A DNA stretch of 64,000 nt from an uncultured Thermoplasmata archaeon. GTDB taxonomy: Archaea > Thermoplasmatota > Thermoplasmata > Lutacidiplasmatales > UBA184. The position numbers were made by a program, and so were the translations under genes. The stretch lies in NCBI GenBank assembly GCA_963797975.1, contig CAWCRH010000006.1, positions 10,754 through 74,753 of the forward strand, given 5' to 3'. Positions 1 through 10,448 of this stretch are shown piece after piece (position 1 is the first letter of the stretch; each line of letters begins with the position of its first letter). Below the pieces are notes generated by a model. It did not search any database. It saw only the letters and a program-made list of their open reading frames with translations, and was not told the origin of the DNA.

Positions 1-43
1 ACGCTTGGGGGTCGCCTCGAGCTTTCCGAAGACCTCGGCGAGC

Positions 44-751
44 TCAAGGAACCTCATCGGACCTTCCTTCGTCGACCGCCGTGCGCAGGGCGTGAAGGTT
101 CTCCTCGACTTGACCGTCGGCAAAGACTGAATTCCCACAGACGAAGAACGTAGCGCCCGCCCGTGCGGTGGCGCGCGCAACGTCGAGGGTGACTCCGCCA
201 TCGATGGCCAGCTCAACCGCGCAACTGCGCCGGTCGAGCTCGGCGCGGGCCGACGCGACCTGGCTCAGCGCTTCGGGGAGGAACGTCTGTCCGGAGAAGC
301 CGGGCCGTACCCCCATGATCATGAGCTCATCCAGCCGGTCGAGCCAGGGGCCGGCTTTCGCGAACGGCGTCTCGGGCCGCAGCGCGAGGCCCACGGCGCT
401 CCCCAGCGCGCGAACGGCGCGGAGCACCTCCTCGGTCGGGTCCTCGGACTCCAGGTGGACGACGAGCGTGTCGCCCCCGGCCCGGTGGAAGGCGTCCACG
501 TAAGAAAGCGGATGGGAGATCATCAGGTGGACGTCCAGGGGGAGCCGGGTCCGACGGCGGACCGCGCTCACGAGCGCAGGCCCGAAGGAGATGTTCGGGA
601 CGAAGTGACCGTCCATCACATCGAGGTGGAGCGCGTCGGCCCCTCCGGCTTCCGCTCGTCGGATCGCGGTCACGAGGTCGGAAAAGTCCGCGCTCAGGAG
701 CGACGGCGCGAGCCGGGCCGGGCGGGACGTGCGGGACACGGAGGCGCCCAT
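44..751 (-). CDS. rpe: ribulose-phosphate 3-epimerase
   Basis: 235-aa ORF with typical Rpe sequence throughout (e.g. PSLLSADF, HLDVMDGHFVPN, MGVRPGFSGQ). Confidence 0.85.
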   Translation of the reverse strand: MGASVSRTSRPARLAPSLLSADFSDLVTAIRRAEAGGADALHLDVMDGHFVPNISFGPALVSAVRRRTRLPLDVHLMISHPLSYVDAFHRAGGDTLVVHLESEDPTEEVLRAVRALGSAVGLALRPETPFAKAGPWLDRLDELMIMGVRPGFSGQTFLPEALSQVASARAELDRRSCAVELAIDGGVTLDVARATARAGATFFVCGNSVFADGQVEENLHALRTAVDEGRSDEVP

Positions 752-803
752 CGGTGGGCGGTATAAGATGCCGTCTGCTCCCTTCAGGTGAAGGAGCTCC
801 GCG

Positions 804-1280
804 TTACAGGAACTCCTTCGGGTCCACCGCGTCCGGTTGATTGGCGAAGGTCACGTCCCGACGGGCCAACACGGCCTCCGGGGTCCATCGCCCGTACTTA
901 ACCGGACGGGTCCACGTCGGACGGAACTCTCGCCTCCTCGGACGGGGAGCGTCTGGGTCCGGCCGGTACCATAGGTACTGGAACAGGAGGAACTCGAAGT
1001 AGACCGCGGCGACCAGGGAGAGGACCAGCCCGAGGGAGCTCCCGGCCACGACCCAGAGCGCAGCGACCCAGCTGTCGAGCACGAGGAACGCAATCACGAG
1101 CCACCACTTGAACGCCTGGAAATAGAGCCAGTCGCTCCAGGAGGCTCCCGGCTCTTGGAGCGCGCGCCGCTTATCCTCAGCAATCGCCTCGATCCGTTCG
1201 CGGGTCGCTTCGTCGAACTCGGGCGGGTTCTCGGGACCGGGAGGTCGGGGTGCATCGGAAGGGTGGAGGACCGACGCCAT
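804..1280 (-). CDS. hypothetical membrane protein with about two TM helices
   Basis: 158-aa ORF with a hydrophobic core (WWLVIAFLVLDSWVAALWVVAGSSLGLVLSLVAAVYF). No recognisable family. Confidence 0.35.
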   Translation of the reverse strand: MASVLHPSDAPRPPGPENPPEFDEATRERIEAIAEDKRRALQEPGASWSDWLYFQAFKWWLVIAFLVLDSWVAALWVVAGSSLGLVLSLVAAVYFEFLLFQYLWYRPDPDAPRPRRREFRPTWTRPVKYGRWTPEAVLARRDVTFANQPDAVDPKEFL

Positions 1281-1295
1281 CGGTTCACGCCCGGC

Positions 1296-2513
1296 CTAGC
1301 CGGCGACCAGCGGCGTCGCCGTTGGGTCGGCCGCCGCTCCGTTCGATTCGGAGGAGGTCGCGGGCGAGGTCGCTCCGCTGGGACCTGGGTACAGATGGCA
1401 AGCGACCCAATGCTGAGGACGGACCTCGATGAGCGGGGGCTCGACCTTGGAGCAGACCGGCATCACCGCCGGGCACCGCGTATGGAACCGGCACCCGGGC
1501 GGCGGCGCCGCCGGGCTCGGCACGTCCCCTGAGAGAACGATGCGCTCGCGCTTGAGGTCGGGGTCGGGGATCGGGATCGCGGAAAGCAGCGCCTGCGTGT
1601 AGGGGTGCAGCGGACGGGCGAAGAGCTGGGGGGTCGGCGCGCGTTCGACGGCCTTCCCGAGGTACATCACCACGACCCGGTGGCTCACCGCTCGCACGAC
1701 GCTCAAGTGGTGGGAAATGAACAGGTAGGCGAGCCGCTGCTCCGCCTGGAGGCGCTTCAGGATGTTCAAGATCTGGGCTTGCACCGAGACGTCGAGCGCG
1801 CTCGTCGGCTCGTCCAGCACGATGAACTCGGGGCGGAGCGCGAGCGCCCGCGCGATGCCGATGCGCTGGCGTTGCCCACCGGAGAACTCGTGGGGGAACC
1901 GCCATTCGTGCTCCGGGTTCAAGCCCACCTCGCGCAGGAGCTGCTGGACCCGACGGTAGCGTTCTCCCCGCGTTCCCGCGTGGTTGATCTCGAGGGGCTC
2001 TGCGATGATGTCGCGGACTAGCATCCGCGGGCTCAGGGAGCTGAACGGGTCCTGGAAGACGATCTGAAGACGCCCGCGCAATTGGCGGAGCCGACGCCCG
2101 CTCATGCGGTAGAGCGAGTATTGGTCCGCGATCTCATCCAGCTCCTTCAACCGCGCCTGGGCGTCGGGCGATTGCGCCCGAACTGCCAGGTTCTCGGAGT
2201 TCCCCGCCTCAAGCTGCCGATAGATCTCATCGAGCCGCGTTATGACCTCGGGCGGGGGGCGGTGAAAGACATGGCCGCTCGTCGGTTCGACCAGACGGAG
2301 GAGCAGCCGGCCCATCGTCGTCTTGCCGCACCCCGACTCGCCGACCAGCCCGACGGTCTCCGCCTCGGAGACATCGAAGCTGACGCCATCCACGGCCCGG
2401 ACGTCCCCGATGTGCGTCGAAAATAATCCACCGCGGATGGGGAAATACTTGCGGACGTTGTGGGCTGAAAGGACCACCCGGCTTGAGCCCTGTTGGTCTC
2501 CGGTCGGCCCCAA
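1296..2513 (-). CDS. ABC transporter ATP-binding protein (oligopeptide/dipeptide OppF/DppF type)
   Basis: Walker [10 protein letters not shown], signature [10 protein letters not shown], Walker [11 protein letters not shown], and a C-terminal oligopeptide-transporter Cys-rich tail. Confidence 0.85.
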   Translation of the reverse strand: MGPTGDQQGSSRVVLSAHNVRKYFPIRGGLFSTHIGDVRAVDGVSFDVSEAETVGLVGESGCGKTTMGRLLLRLVEPTSGHVFHRPPPEVITRLDEIYRQLEAGNSENLAVRAQSPDAQARLKELDEIADQYSLYRMSGRRLRQLRGRLQIVFQDPFSSLSPRMLVRDIIAEPLEINHAGTRGERYRRVQQLLREVGLNPEHEWRFPHEFSGGQRQRIGIARALALRPEFIVLDEPTSALDVSVQAQILNILKRLQAEQRLAYLFISHHLSVVRAVSHRVVVMYLGKAVERAPTPQLFARPLHPYTQALLSAIPIPDPDLKRERIVLSGDVPSPAAPPPGCRFHTRCPAVMPVCSKVEPPLIEVRPQHWVACHLYPGPSGATSPATSSESNGAAADPTATPLVAG

Positions 2514-2520
2514 GGTCTCC

Positions 2521-4143
2521 CTATTCGGGGGCGACCGGTCCCTTGTATAAATAGCAGGCGACCACGTGGCCCGGACCCTCTAACGTGGTCGGGGGCCGCG
2601 CTTCCTTGCACACCGGCATCGCGTACGGGCAGCGGGGGTGAAAACGGCAACCGCTCGGGGGGTTGATGAGGTTCGGCACGGACCCCGGGATCGAGGTGAG
2701 CTCGCGTTCGGGCTGGTCGATCCGTGGGATCGACGCCAACAGTCCTTGCGCGTAAGGGTGCAGCGGTCGCGAGTAGATCTCGCGCACAGGGCCGGATTCA
2801 ACGATCTGGCCGGCGTACATGACACAGACACGGTCGGCGACCTCGGCGATCACAGCTAGGTCGTGCGTGATGAGGAGGATCGCCGAGCCGATGCGGTGCT
2901 TCAGGTCGCGCATCAGTTCCAGGATCTGGGCTTGTACCGTCACGTCGAGCGCGGTGGTGGGTTCGTCGGCGATGAGAAGGTCGGGGTCGGGGGAGAGGGC
3001 CATCGCAATCATCACGCGCTGGAGCATGCCACCGGAGAGCTCGTGCGGGTAGCCCCGCGCGACCAGGACCGGGTTGGCGATCGAGACCCCCTCAAGGGCG
3101 GTGACGACCCGCCAGAAGAGCTCGTTCTTGAGCACGCGCTGCATCCGACCGCGGATCCCCCAGACGTCGAAGTAGAAGTGGCGGTATCGATCCAGCCTCT
3201 TCTGGGCCAGCAAGTGGTTCCTCGCGCTCGGTCGCGCCTGGCCCGTCCGCATCTCCTCGATGTAGACCTGGTGGAGCTTGCGGTCGAGCGCGAGGAGGCG
3301 GCTACGGTACGAGAGATAGGAACGTTGGGCCCCGGAGAGGCGGAAGCGAGCAAGGGCGTGGAGGATCTGCGACTTGAGCTGGGCCGAGCGCGGCCCCGCG
3401 GCACGGGCCAGGTAGTAGGCCTCCGTAGCGACGGCCGGAGCCCGGGCCGCCGCGCCGACGGCGTTGGCCGCGGCCCGGATATCGGTAGGGGAGCCGTCGG
3501 CCGCGGCGTTCGCGAGGATTTCGATCGCCGGGCGGACGCCCGACGCGTTCGGCGTCGCCTTGAGCATCTCATCGATGATGACGCGCCCCCGGTGAAGGAG
3601 CAGCGCCTCCCCGAGCTGGTCGGCGACCGAGAAGATCGGGTTCATCGCCTGGCTCGGCTCTTGGAAGATCATCCCGATGCCGCTGCCTCGGACCGCGGTC
3701 ATGCGTTCGTTCGCGGCCTTGACGCGACGGAACCAACGCTTGACCTTCATGCGCTGGGTCTTCGGGTTGAACTGGTAGCGGGCCTCCTTGTCGAGCCCCC
3801 AGAGGAGGTTCGCGCCGCGGAACCAGACCTCCCCCTCGATGATCCGTCCGGGCGGGTCGGGAATGAGTCGGGTGATCGAGAACGCCGTTACGCTCTTTCC
3901 GCATCCGGTCTCGCCGACCAACCCGAGGGTCTCTCCCCGACTGATCTTGAAGGAGACGCCATCGATCGCGCGAACGACGCCGTTGTACGTGAAGAAGAAG
4001 GTCCGTAGACCTTTGACGACCAACACCTCCTCGCCTTCGGGGCGAGATTCCGCCGAACCCATCACCCCGTCGGCCGCGGAGGGAACCAGCGGCGGGGCCG
4101 ACGGTCCGGTGACCGCTTCCGGTCGACTGACGGCGGCCGCCAT
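2521..4143 (-). CDS. ABC transporter ATP-binding protein (OppD/DppD type) with a large internal insertion
   Basis: Walker A GETGCGKS, signature LSGGMLQRV, Walker [12 protein letters not shown]. About 170 extra residues sit between the Q-loop region and the signature motif. Confidence 0.8.
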   Translation of the reverse strand: MAAAVSRPEAVTGPSAPPLVPSAADGVMGSAESRPEGEEVLVVKGLRTFFFTYNGVVRAIDGVSFKISRGETLGLVGETGCGKSVTAFSITRLIPDPPGRIIEGEVWFRGANLLWGLDKEARYQFNPKTQRMKVKRWFRRVKAANERMTAVRGSGIGMIFQEPSQAMNPIFSVADQLGEALLLHRGRVIIDEMLKATPNASGVRPAIEILANAAADGSPTDIRAAANAVGAAARAPAVATEAYYLARAAGPRSAQLKSQILHALARFRLSGAQRSYLSYRSRLLALDRKLHQVYIEEMRTGQARPSARNHLLAQKRLDRYRHFYFDVWGIRGRMQRVLKNELFWRVVTALEGVSIANPVLVARGYPHELSGGMLQRVMIAMALSPDPDLLIADEPTTALDVTVQAQILELMRDLKHRIGSAILLITHDLAVIAEVADRVCVMYAGQIVESGPVREIYSRPLHPYAQGLLASIPRIDQPERELTSIPGSVPNLINPPSGCRFHPRCPYAMPVCKEARPPTTLEGPGHVVACYLYKGPVAPE

Positions 4144-4153
4144 GGTCCTCTCC

Positions 4154-5269
4154 CTACCTCCTCAACCTCGGGTCGAGCGCGTCGCGAAGGCCATCGGAGA
4201 AGAAGTTCACGCTAATCGCGAAGAAGAAGAGCATGAGGCCGGGGAAGAGGATCTGCCACCACGGCAACACGCACGCCCCGACGGTGCACGCGTTGAAGAT
4301 GGCGTCGAACTGATTGACCGAATACGCAGAGAGCGAGCCCCATTCAGGGAAGACTTGGATCGTGGACAGGCCGAACAGGTTGAATCCGAGGAACGCGAGC
4401 GCCCCGACCAACAGCGGTACCGTTCCGACGTCCAAGGACATCTGGATGAAGACGGGGTAGACGCTGTTCGGGATCACGTGGCGCGTTACGATCCGGCCCT
4501 TCCCTGCGCCGCTCGCCCGGGCCGCTTCGACGTACTTCTGCTCCCGCACGACGAGAACCTGACCTCGGACGATCCGTGCGTAGAACGGCCACCAGACGAC
4601 GATGAACGCCAGGATGAGCAACAGGACCCGCGAGCCTAGGATCGAGAACCCCGGAATGGTGAACGTCGTGAACACCGATACGGTGATGATCACGAAAAGG
4701 ATCTGCGGGATCGAGAGGAAGATGTCGACGAGACGCATCAGGGCCTCGTCCACCGCGCCACCCCAGAAGCCGGCGATGGCCCCGACGATAAGACCGATCA
4801 TCGCTCCCGCGACGACGATGGAGAAGGCGATGGTGAGGGACCAATCGGCGCCGCGTAAGATCCCTGAGAGCGTGTTGTAGAACTGGGACGCGACCGGCGT
4901 CTGGGCCAACGAACCTAACGGTAATGGTCCCGCCGTGCCCGCGGCGAAGGAGAGGGTTGGCGCGATGAACGAGGGGAAGTTAGGGTTGACCGCGAAGCAG
5001 TCCGGACCGGGAGCATGGCTGCCCGTATAGGTACAGACGAACGTGCACCCCGGCAGTTGAACCTCGCAGTAAGGGGTCATCTCGTTCCACGGGATCGGCA
5101 GGGTCGCCGCGTAGAGCGCCATGCCGATGAGGAACACCAGGATGCCGAGCCCGACCAGCGCGAGCGTGTTCCGCCGAAGGAAGTACCACGTTCGCTTGTA
5201 CTGGTCGATGCGCGGGTTCGGGCGACGACCGCGGGAGACAGGAGGAGGGGCCGGAGGAGGGGTCGCCAC
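4154..5269 (-). CDS. ABC transporter permease (OppC/DppC type)
   Basis: 371-aa polytopic membrane protein adjacent to the ATPases. Permease motif region AARASGAGKGRIVTRHVIPN is present. Confidence 0.8.
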   Translation of the reverse strand: MATPPPAPPPVSRGRRPNPRIDQYKRTWYFLRRNTLALVGLGILVFLIGMALYAATLPIPWNEMTPYCEVQLPGCTFVCTYTGSHAPGPDCFAVNPNFPSFIAPTLSFAAGTAGPLPLGSLAQTPVASQFYNTLSGILRGADWSLTIAFSIVVAGAMIGLIVGAIAGFWGGAVDEALMRLVDIFLSIPQILFVIITVSVFTTFTIPGFSILGSRVLLLILAFIVVWWPFYARIVRGQVLVVREQKYVEAARASGAGKGRIVTRHVIPNSVYPVFIQMSLDVGTVPLLVGALAFLGFNLFGLSTIQVFPEWGSLSAYSVNQFDAIFNACTVGACVLPWWQILFPGLMLFFFAISVNFFSDGLRDALDPRLRR

Positions 5270-5275
5270 GACGTT

Positions 5276-6553
5276 TCACCCCAGCCGAACCCGAGGGTCT
5301 AGGTAGGCGTAGAGCACGTCGACGATGATGTTGGCCGCGACCACGAGGAAGGTGAAGAGCAGCGTGGAGCCGAAAATGAGGGCGAAATCCTCTCCGTTCG
5401 GGAGCACCGCGTAGGTGATGATCAGACCGACGCCGTTCAGCTTGTAGACCGACTCGATGATGGGAAAGCCCCCGATGAAGAAGGCGAACGTAAGGCCCAG
5501 CACGGTGATCGTCACGTTCATCGAGTTGCGGCCGGCGTGGCGTTTGACCACCGTGGATTCTGGCACTCCCTTCGCGCGGGCGGTCCGGACGAAGTCGAGG
5601 TTCATCACTTCGAGCATGCTGTTACGCACGAACCGAAGGAGGATCGCGATCGAGCCGAAGGCGATCACGAGCGCGGGGAGGATCATCCGAACGAGCGTGT
5701 CGATGGCCAGCCACCAGTCGCCGTGGATCAGCGCGTCGACAGTGGGAAAGCCGGTCGGGTGACTGATGACACCGAGGGTGAGCCAGGCGGGATAATTGAA
5801 ATTCGCCGCACTGGCCCCCGGATAACTACACGAGCCAGGGGAAAGCACTGACGGCCAGGAGCCGGTCAGCTCCGAGAAGGCCGTCTCCCCGCTCGGGCAC
5901 CACGGGGTGTGCACGAGCGTGCCGGTCCCTAAGATGAGGACAAAGGCTAGCACGAGGAGCGTTCCTAACAGGAATGCGGGCAGCGCGAAGCCCGAGAACG
6001 ACATCACGCGCGCCGCCTGGTCGATCGGGCGATTACGGTAGACCGCGGAGAGGTTCCCAAGTGGGATGGCGATGATCAGGATGAGGAAGAGCGAGAGGAG
6101 GGCAAGCTCCAGGGTGTACGGAAGGAGCCACGACAGCACCGTGGAGACGGGCTGGCCCGAGATGAGACCGGCGAGGAACGATTGCTGTTCGGAACTATGG
6201 TTCGATACGAGACCCCACTGGAACGTGAAGCTGTGATAGATGTAGAGCGCCCATTGGATGAAGACCGGTTGATTGAGCCCTAAGGTCGGTGCGAGCGCTT
6301 CGAAGAGTGGGTTGTTGCACGTCCCGTTCGCGCCCGGGGTAATCTCGCTGCAGGGAATCGTCGGGTTGTAGGTGTGGATACTCCCGTGGATGGGCGGGGG
6401 GCCGAAATACGACTCGAGCTGCTGGGCCGGGCCGAGAGCGGTGACCAGGACAAAGGTGATGGTCATCACCCCGATGATAACGGGTACGAGGAGCGCGACG
6501 CGGCGAACGACGTACACCCACATCTTCATGGGGTCCGCTCCGGTCGAGTCCAA
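5276..6553 (-). CDS. ABC transporter permease (OppB/DppB type)
   Basis: 425-aa polytopic membrane protein. It is the first gene of the minus-strand operon and contains the EAA-like motif region ARAKGVPESTVVKRHAGRN. Confidence 0.8.
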   Translation of the reverse strand: MDSTGADPMKMWVYVVRRVALLVPVIIGVMTITFVLVTALGPAQQLESYFGPPPIHGSIHTYNPTIPCSEITPGANGTCNNPLFEALAPTLGLNQPVFIQWALYIYHSFTFQWGLVSNHSSEQQSFLAGLISGQPVSTVLSWLLPYTLELALLSLFLILIIAIPLGNLSAVYRNRPIDQAARVMSFSGFALPAFLLGTLLVLAFVLILGTGTLVHTPWCPSGETAFSELTGSWPSVLSPGSCSYPGASAANFNYPAWLTLGVISHPTGFPTVDALIHGDWWLAIDTLVRMILPALVIAFGSIAILLRFVRNSMLEVMNLDFVRTARAKGVPESTVVKRHAGRNSMNVTITVLGLTFAFFIGGFPIIESVYKLNGVGLIITYAVLPNGEDFALIFGSTLLFTFLVVAANIIVDVLYAYLDPRVRLG

Positions 6554-6679
6554 GCTCGACGGGAGTTTGACCGTGTTCCCGGTATTTAGCTATTCGACGA
6601 GGACGGTCACCTCGGCTCGGGTCCGCCGCCCCAGGGTCGACCGAAGCGCTTCTACCCCCGATGCTCTCGCGGCCGTTCG

Positions 6680-7243
6680 ATGGTCGTGACCCACCGACCG
6701 TGGAACCAGATCGCTCTCACGGGGACACCGGGAACGGGGAAGAGCTCGGTCGCCGCCCTTCTCCCTCGACGATGGACCGTATGCGAGGTCGGGGAGCTTG
6801 CCATCGCGTCGGGGGCAGGTCGGCGGATCCGCGGTGGGGTCGAGATCGACCTTCCCCGGTTACGCCACGCTCTCTCCGCGCAGAAGCCTCCTTCCGCCCC
6901 CCGGGTCCTCGTGGGCCACCTGGCTCACCTCCTGCCGGTCGACGCCGCGGTCGTGTTGCGCTGTCATCCCCTGGAGCTCGAGCGTCGCCTAGCCCGGGCC
7001 CACCGTGGCTCATGGGCGGAGCGCCGGCAGAACGTCGCCGCGGAAGCGACGGACATCATCCTCGTGGAAGCGCTCGCCCAAGGCGTGACCGTCTGGGAGG
7101 TCGACACGACCGGTCGTCCGCCCCTCCAGGTCGCCGCTCGGGTCATCTTCCGCCTGCGAGCGAAGGGGCCCCCGCGCTACGGTGACATCGACTGGCTCGG
7201 CGACCCGACGGTGACCGAGCACCTTTTGGATGCGTGTCCCTAG
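6680..7243 (+). CDS. putative adenylate kinase / Fap7 (AK6) homologue
   Basis: P-loop ALTGTPGTGKSS near the N-terminus. GHLAHLLPVDAAVVLRCHP, ILVEAL and VDTTGRPP match the archaeal Fap7 layout. About 187 aa. Confidence 0.7.
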   Translation: MVVTHRPWNQIALTGTPGTGKSSVAALLPRRWTVCEVGELAIASGAGRRIRGGVEIDLPRLRHALSAQKPPSAPRVLVGHLAHLLPVDAAVVLRCHPLELERRLARAHRGSWAERRQNVAAEATDIILVEALAQGVTVWEVDTTGRPPLQVAARVIFRLRAKGPPRYGDIDWLGDPTVTEHLLDACP

Positions 7244-7252
7244 GGGGGACGG

Positions 7253-7918
7253 ATGGTGCTGGAAGGACTGCGCCAGCGCCTCGGCCCTTACCTCGAGCGG
7301 ATCTCCCGTCCGTGGATGAAGTGGGACCCCAACCGCATCAGCTGGCTCGCCTTCTCGCTGCTCGTCATAGCGGCAGTTCTAGCCGCCCTCGTCCGCTGGA
7401 CGACCCCGCTCCTCTTCCTGCCCGTGGCGGCCCTCATTTTCGTCGGAGGCACATTAGATGTGATCGACGGCGAGGTCGCTCGGAGGACCCACCGCACTTC
7501 GGTGCGCGGCGACCTCCTCGACCATGTCCTCGACCGCTATGGGGACGTGCTGATCCTCATCGGAATCGCGATCTCCGGCTACGCGAGCCCGCTTCTCGCG
7601 CTGCTCGCGCTGGTGAGCTTGCTCTTGACGAGCTACATGGGCACGCAGGCTCAGGCAGTGGGACAGGGGCGCATGTACTCCGGCCTCCTCAGCCGAGCGG
7701 ACCGGCTCGTCCTCCTCAGCCTCGCGACGTTGCTGGAGTTCCTCTGGTGTTTGCCGTGGCCATGGGCCCCGACCGAACCCTGGTCGCACTTCGGGCTCTA
7801 CGGCGTCTCCTTCACGGTCATCGACGTCGTGCTCGTCTACTTCGTCATCGCCGGTCAGTGGACGGCCTACGCTCGGGCCCGTCGGACCTATCGGAGCCTG
7901 GGGCCGAGCCCTCCGTAG
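7253..7918 (+). CDS. CDP-alcohol phosphatidyltransferase family protein (archaeal polar-lipid headgroup synthase)
   Basis: Signature D-G-x2-A-R-x8-G-x3-D-x3-D (DGEVARRTHRTSVRGDLLDHVLDRYGD) in a multi-TM protein. Confidence 0.75.
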   Translation: MVLEGLRQRLGPYLERISRPWMKWDPNRISWLAFSLLVIAAVLAALVRWTTPLLFLPVAALIFVGGTLDVIDGEVARRTHRTSVRGDLLDHVLDRYGDVLILIGIAISGYASPLLALLALVSLLLTSYMGTQAQAVGQGRMYSGLLSRADRLVLLSLATLLEFLWCLPWPWAPTEPWSHFGLYGVSFTVIDVVLVYFVIAGQWTAYARARRTYRSLGPSPP

Positions 7919-9027
7919 CCCCCTCCGTCCGCGTCTCCATCACCCAGCCCCCGCGTAGCCGGTAGTACCTGGAGGGGGTGGCGGAGGGTCGGCTCGAAGC
8001 AGAGCGGGTCGCGTCCGCGGTCGCTCGGGCTGGGTGCGCTGGGGTCCCCTTCCCGGAAACACAGACCGTGGCTTCGAAGCGTGGCGCACTCCGGTGGCTC
8101 GTAGCCGCGCCCGTCGTCCCGCTGCGTGATGTGCTCGACCTGGTAGCGCGTGATCGATTCATCGAAGTCGGGAGCTCCCCGATAGGCATCCACGATCGTC
8201 TCGGAGTCCGCCCCCGCGCGATGGAGGAACGACGCGAGGGCGAACCGGCCCGAGTGCGAGAGGTTCTCCCCCGCTTCCAGCATCCGCCGCATCTTGCGAA
8301 TGCACGGAGGGAATCGGTCGGGCTGAAGCGGGCGCGCCCCCGCACCACCCCGCGCGACCGGTAGCGGCGTCCGTCGCGCGATCTCGTCCAGGAGGTCGCG
8401 CTCCCTCTCGCGGATCCCCTGAGCGAGCGCTGGTTCGACGGCGCGGGGGCGGGCGAGATCTAGACGGACCGCCTCCTGGAGGAGGCGGGCTGCACGAAGA
8501 CGGGGGAGCTCGACCGAACCGTCCTTAACCGGCTGGGCCGCGAGCCGAAAGTCGGCCTCGCGGATCGGAACGGAGAGCCGAACGTAATCGACCAGGTCGA
8601 TCCGAACGCGGTCACCCGCTCGCTCCTCCAAGGGGAAGCCGAGCTGGTGCCCGACCTCGAGAAGGTCGGACAGCGAGGCGCTCGCAAGACGGCGGTAGGC
8701 GCGTTTCGCTTCCGAGACCGCCCACCGCCGTAGCCCCGCGGCCGAAGGAGCGCTGGAGAGGACAAGCCGAGCGTAGAGGAAGGAGAGATATCGCTCCTCG
8801 GGGCTCGCGTGCGAGTCTTCCTCGACCGGTGTCGTTCCTCTGGGGTCGTCCGCTCCGGCGAGCGCGCGCGCTCGTGCTAGGGACCGGGGGCGTTCGAGCG
8901 CGGGGGCCTCCAATAGGTCGCGGATGGACAGATGCATCTCAGCGACCAATTGGTCGGCCCCCGGCAGGAAGGGGTACTCCCCCCAGAGCCCCGCGCGGTC
9001 TACAGGCGCGGTACCACGAACTGCCAT
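7888..9027 (-). CDS. priL: DNA primase large subunit PriL
   Basis: N-terminal YPFLPGA motif, central FPPCIRKM, and the Fe-S cysteine region (CATLRSHGLC). The ORF track begins at 9105. A start at Met 9027 avoids most of the overlap with the S2P gene. There is a 30-nt convergent overlap with the preceding gene. Confidence 0.7.
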   Translation of the reverse strand: MAVRGTAPVDRAGLWGEYPFLPGADQLVAEMHLSIRDLLEAPALERPRSLARARALAGADDPRGTTPVEEDSHASPEERYLSFLYARLVLSSAPSAAGLRRWAVSEAKRAYRRLASASLSDLLEVGHQLGFPLEERAGDRVRIDLVDYVRLSVPIREADFRLAAQPVKDGSVELPRLRAARLLQEAVRLDLARPRAVEPALAQGIRERERDLLDEIARRTPLPVARGGAGARPLQPDRFPPCIRKMRRMLEAGENLSHSGRFALASFLHRAGADSETIVDAYRGAPDFDESITRYQVEHITQRDDGRGYEPPECATLRSHGLCFREGDPSAPSPSDRGRDPLCFEPTLRHPLQVLPATRGLGDGDADGGGYGGLGPRLR

Positions 9028-10340
9028 AGGATCAGTACCACAACGAGCATCGATGAGGCGATGGCGGCGGAGCCGGCGAACCGATCGACCCGCGCCGCAT
9101 CCCACCCTTTCTTCAGCCGGGCGGTGATGGAGGCGACGAAGTCGCGGACGAGCAGACCGCCGTCGAGCGGGATCAGCGGAAGGGCGTTAGAGGCCCCGAG
9201 CAAGAAGTTCATCCACGCGAACCAGTATAGGAGGTTGAGCCCGATCCAGTTCCAGCCGGGGTCCGTGGCACCCAGCGGCCCCGTGAAGTGGAAGAACTGC
9301 TGAGGCGCTCCAGAGATCGGCTCCAGGCCGGCGATCGGCAGGACCAGCCAGTTGACGGCTCCGGTCAGAGGCGACGAGGTGCTCCCGAACGGATTGACGA
9401 GCGTCGCCTGAAGTTGGCTCGGGGTAAGATAGGAGAGGCTTACGCCCAGGAAGGCCTTGGTGGGATCGCCCGGCGCGCTCGTGAGGTTCACCGGTTGGGT
9501 GACGAGGCTTCCTCCGGAGGCCGAGTAGAAGGCCACGCTCACGGTTTCGCCCGGGTGGGCCTCGTCGAGGGCGTTCACCAGCGAAGGGTAGTCGGGGGTC
9601 GGTGTTCCGTTCACAGAGGTGATGATGTCCCCGGAGGCGATCGTCGCGTTCTGGGCGGGGTACCCGCTCACGACCCCGACCACGCCGACCCCGTTCGCAT
9701 TCGGCGCGATGGACGAGGCGACGATGGCGCTGAGCGCCACGAAAAAGACGACGGTGAGCATGAAGTTCGCGAGGACGCCGGCCGCGGCCACGCGGTCGCG
9801 CCGACGTCGGTCGGCCTTCTCCATGTCCTGGTCGTCCTGCTCAACGAACGCCCCGACGGGGACGACGCACCAGAGGATGCCAAGCGACTTCACCCCGATC
9901 TTCTGCGAACGGGCTACGAACCCGTGGAAGAGCTCATGGAGGACGACCCCGACCACGAGCGCCACGATCCCGTAGCCGATGGGAATGATCGGATTGATCC
10001 CGGGGATCCCGAGGGCCTCCTGGACCGACGGGGCCTGGCTCGCGCTGATCCGAAACGAGACGACCGCGTCGATCAACAGCAGCACGATCATCGCGACCAT
10101 CGCGACGGCAGCGAGGACGATCGCGAGGTCCCCCGCGACCGACCAGAACCGCTTGTGTTGCCCGACCCGGTCGATGATCTCCCGCCCCTTCTTCGTCTTG
10201 ATCATCAGGGCGGGCCCGAACAGCGAGAGGGTTCGGTCCCTACCGATGAAGCCCCCACGCCATAGGACGTAAACCACGACCGCGTAGGCGAGGACGACGA
10301 AGCCGGCGATCACCCAGCCGTTCAGCAGTATCGACGCCAC
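9000..10340 (-). CDS. site-2 protease family (M50) membrane metalloprotease with PDZ domain
   Basis: HELFHGFVA (HExxH) in a TM segment, the NALPLIPLDGG motif, and a PDZ-like middle region. Confidence 0.75.
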   Translation of the reverse strand: MASILLNGWVIAGFVVLAYAVVVYVLWRGGFIGRDRTLSLFGPALMIKTKKGREIIDRVGQHKRFWSVAGDLAIVLAAVAMVAMIVLLLIDAVVSFRISASQAPSVQEALGIPGINPIIPIGYGIVALVVGVVLHELFHGFVARSQKIGVKSLGILWCVVPVGAFVEQDDQDMEKADRRRRDRVAAAGVLANFMLTVVFFVALSAIVASSIAPNANGVGVVGVVSGYPAQNATIASGDIITSVNGTPTPDYPSLVNALDEAHPGETVSVAFYSASGGSLVTQPVNLTSAPGDPTKAFLGVSLSYLTPSQLQATLVNPFGSTSSPLTGAVNWLVLPIAGLEPISGAPQQFFHFTGPLGATDPGWNWIGLNLLYWFAWMNFLLGASNALPLIPLDGGLLVRDFVASITARLKKGWDAARVDRFAGSAAIASSMLVVVLILWQFVVPRL

Positions 10341-10448
10341 GCGAGACCTGCCCGTTCGGAGCCCGCTCGGCTTAAGAGTTCTAGGGCGCGCCCGGCGCTC
10401 GCGGACGATGGCGGAAGGAAATCGCGGCGCGCGGGCCGCGCGGACGCC

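Noticed and set aside
2863-4008. 381-aa plus-strand ORF
   Set aside because: It lies entirely antisense to the OppD-type ATPase gene. The protein is Arg/Asp/Gly-rich low complexity, typical of a spurious ORF on the opposite strand of a high-GC gene.
8460-8765. Several 60-170-aa ORFs inside or antisense to priL and other genes (e.g. 7845..8348, 7978..8364, 8460..8765)
   Set aside because: All are low-complexity R/S/P/G-rich and nested within better-supported genes. They are GC-bias artefacts.
9288-10265. 325-aa plus-strand ORF
   Set aside because: Antisense to the S2P protease gene, with low-complexity R/D/G-rich translation.
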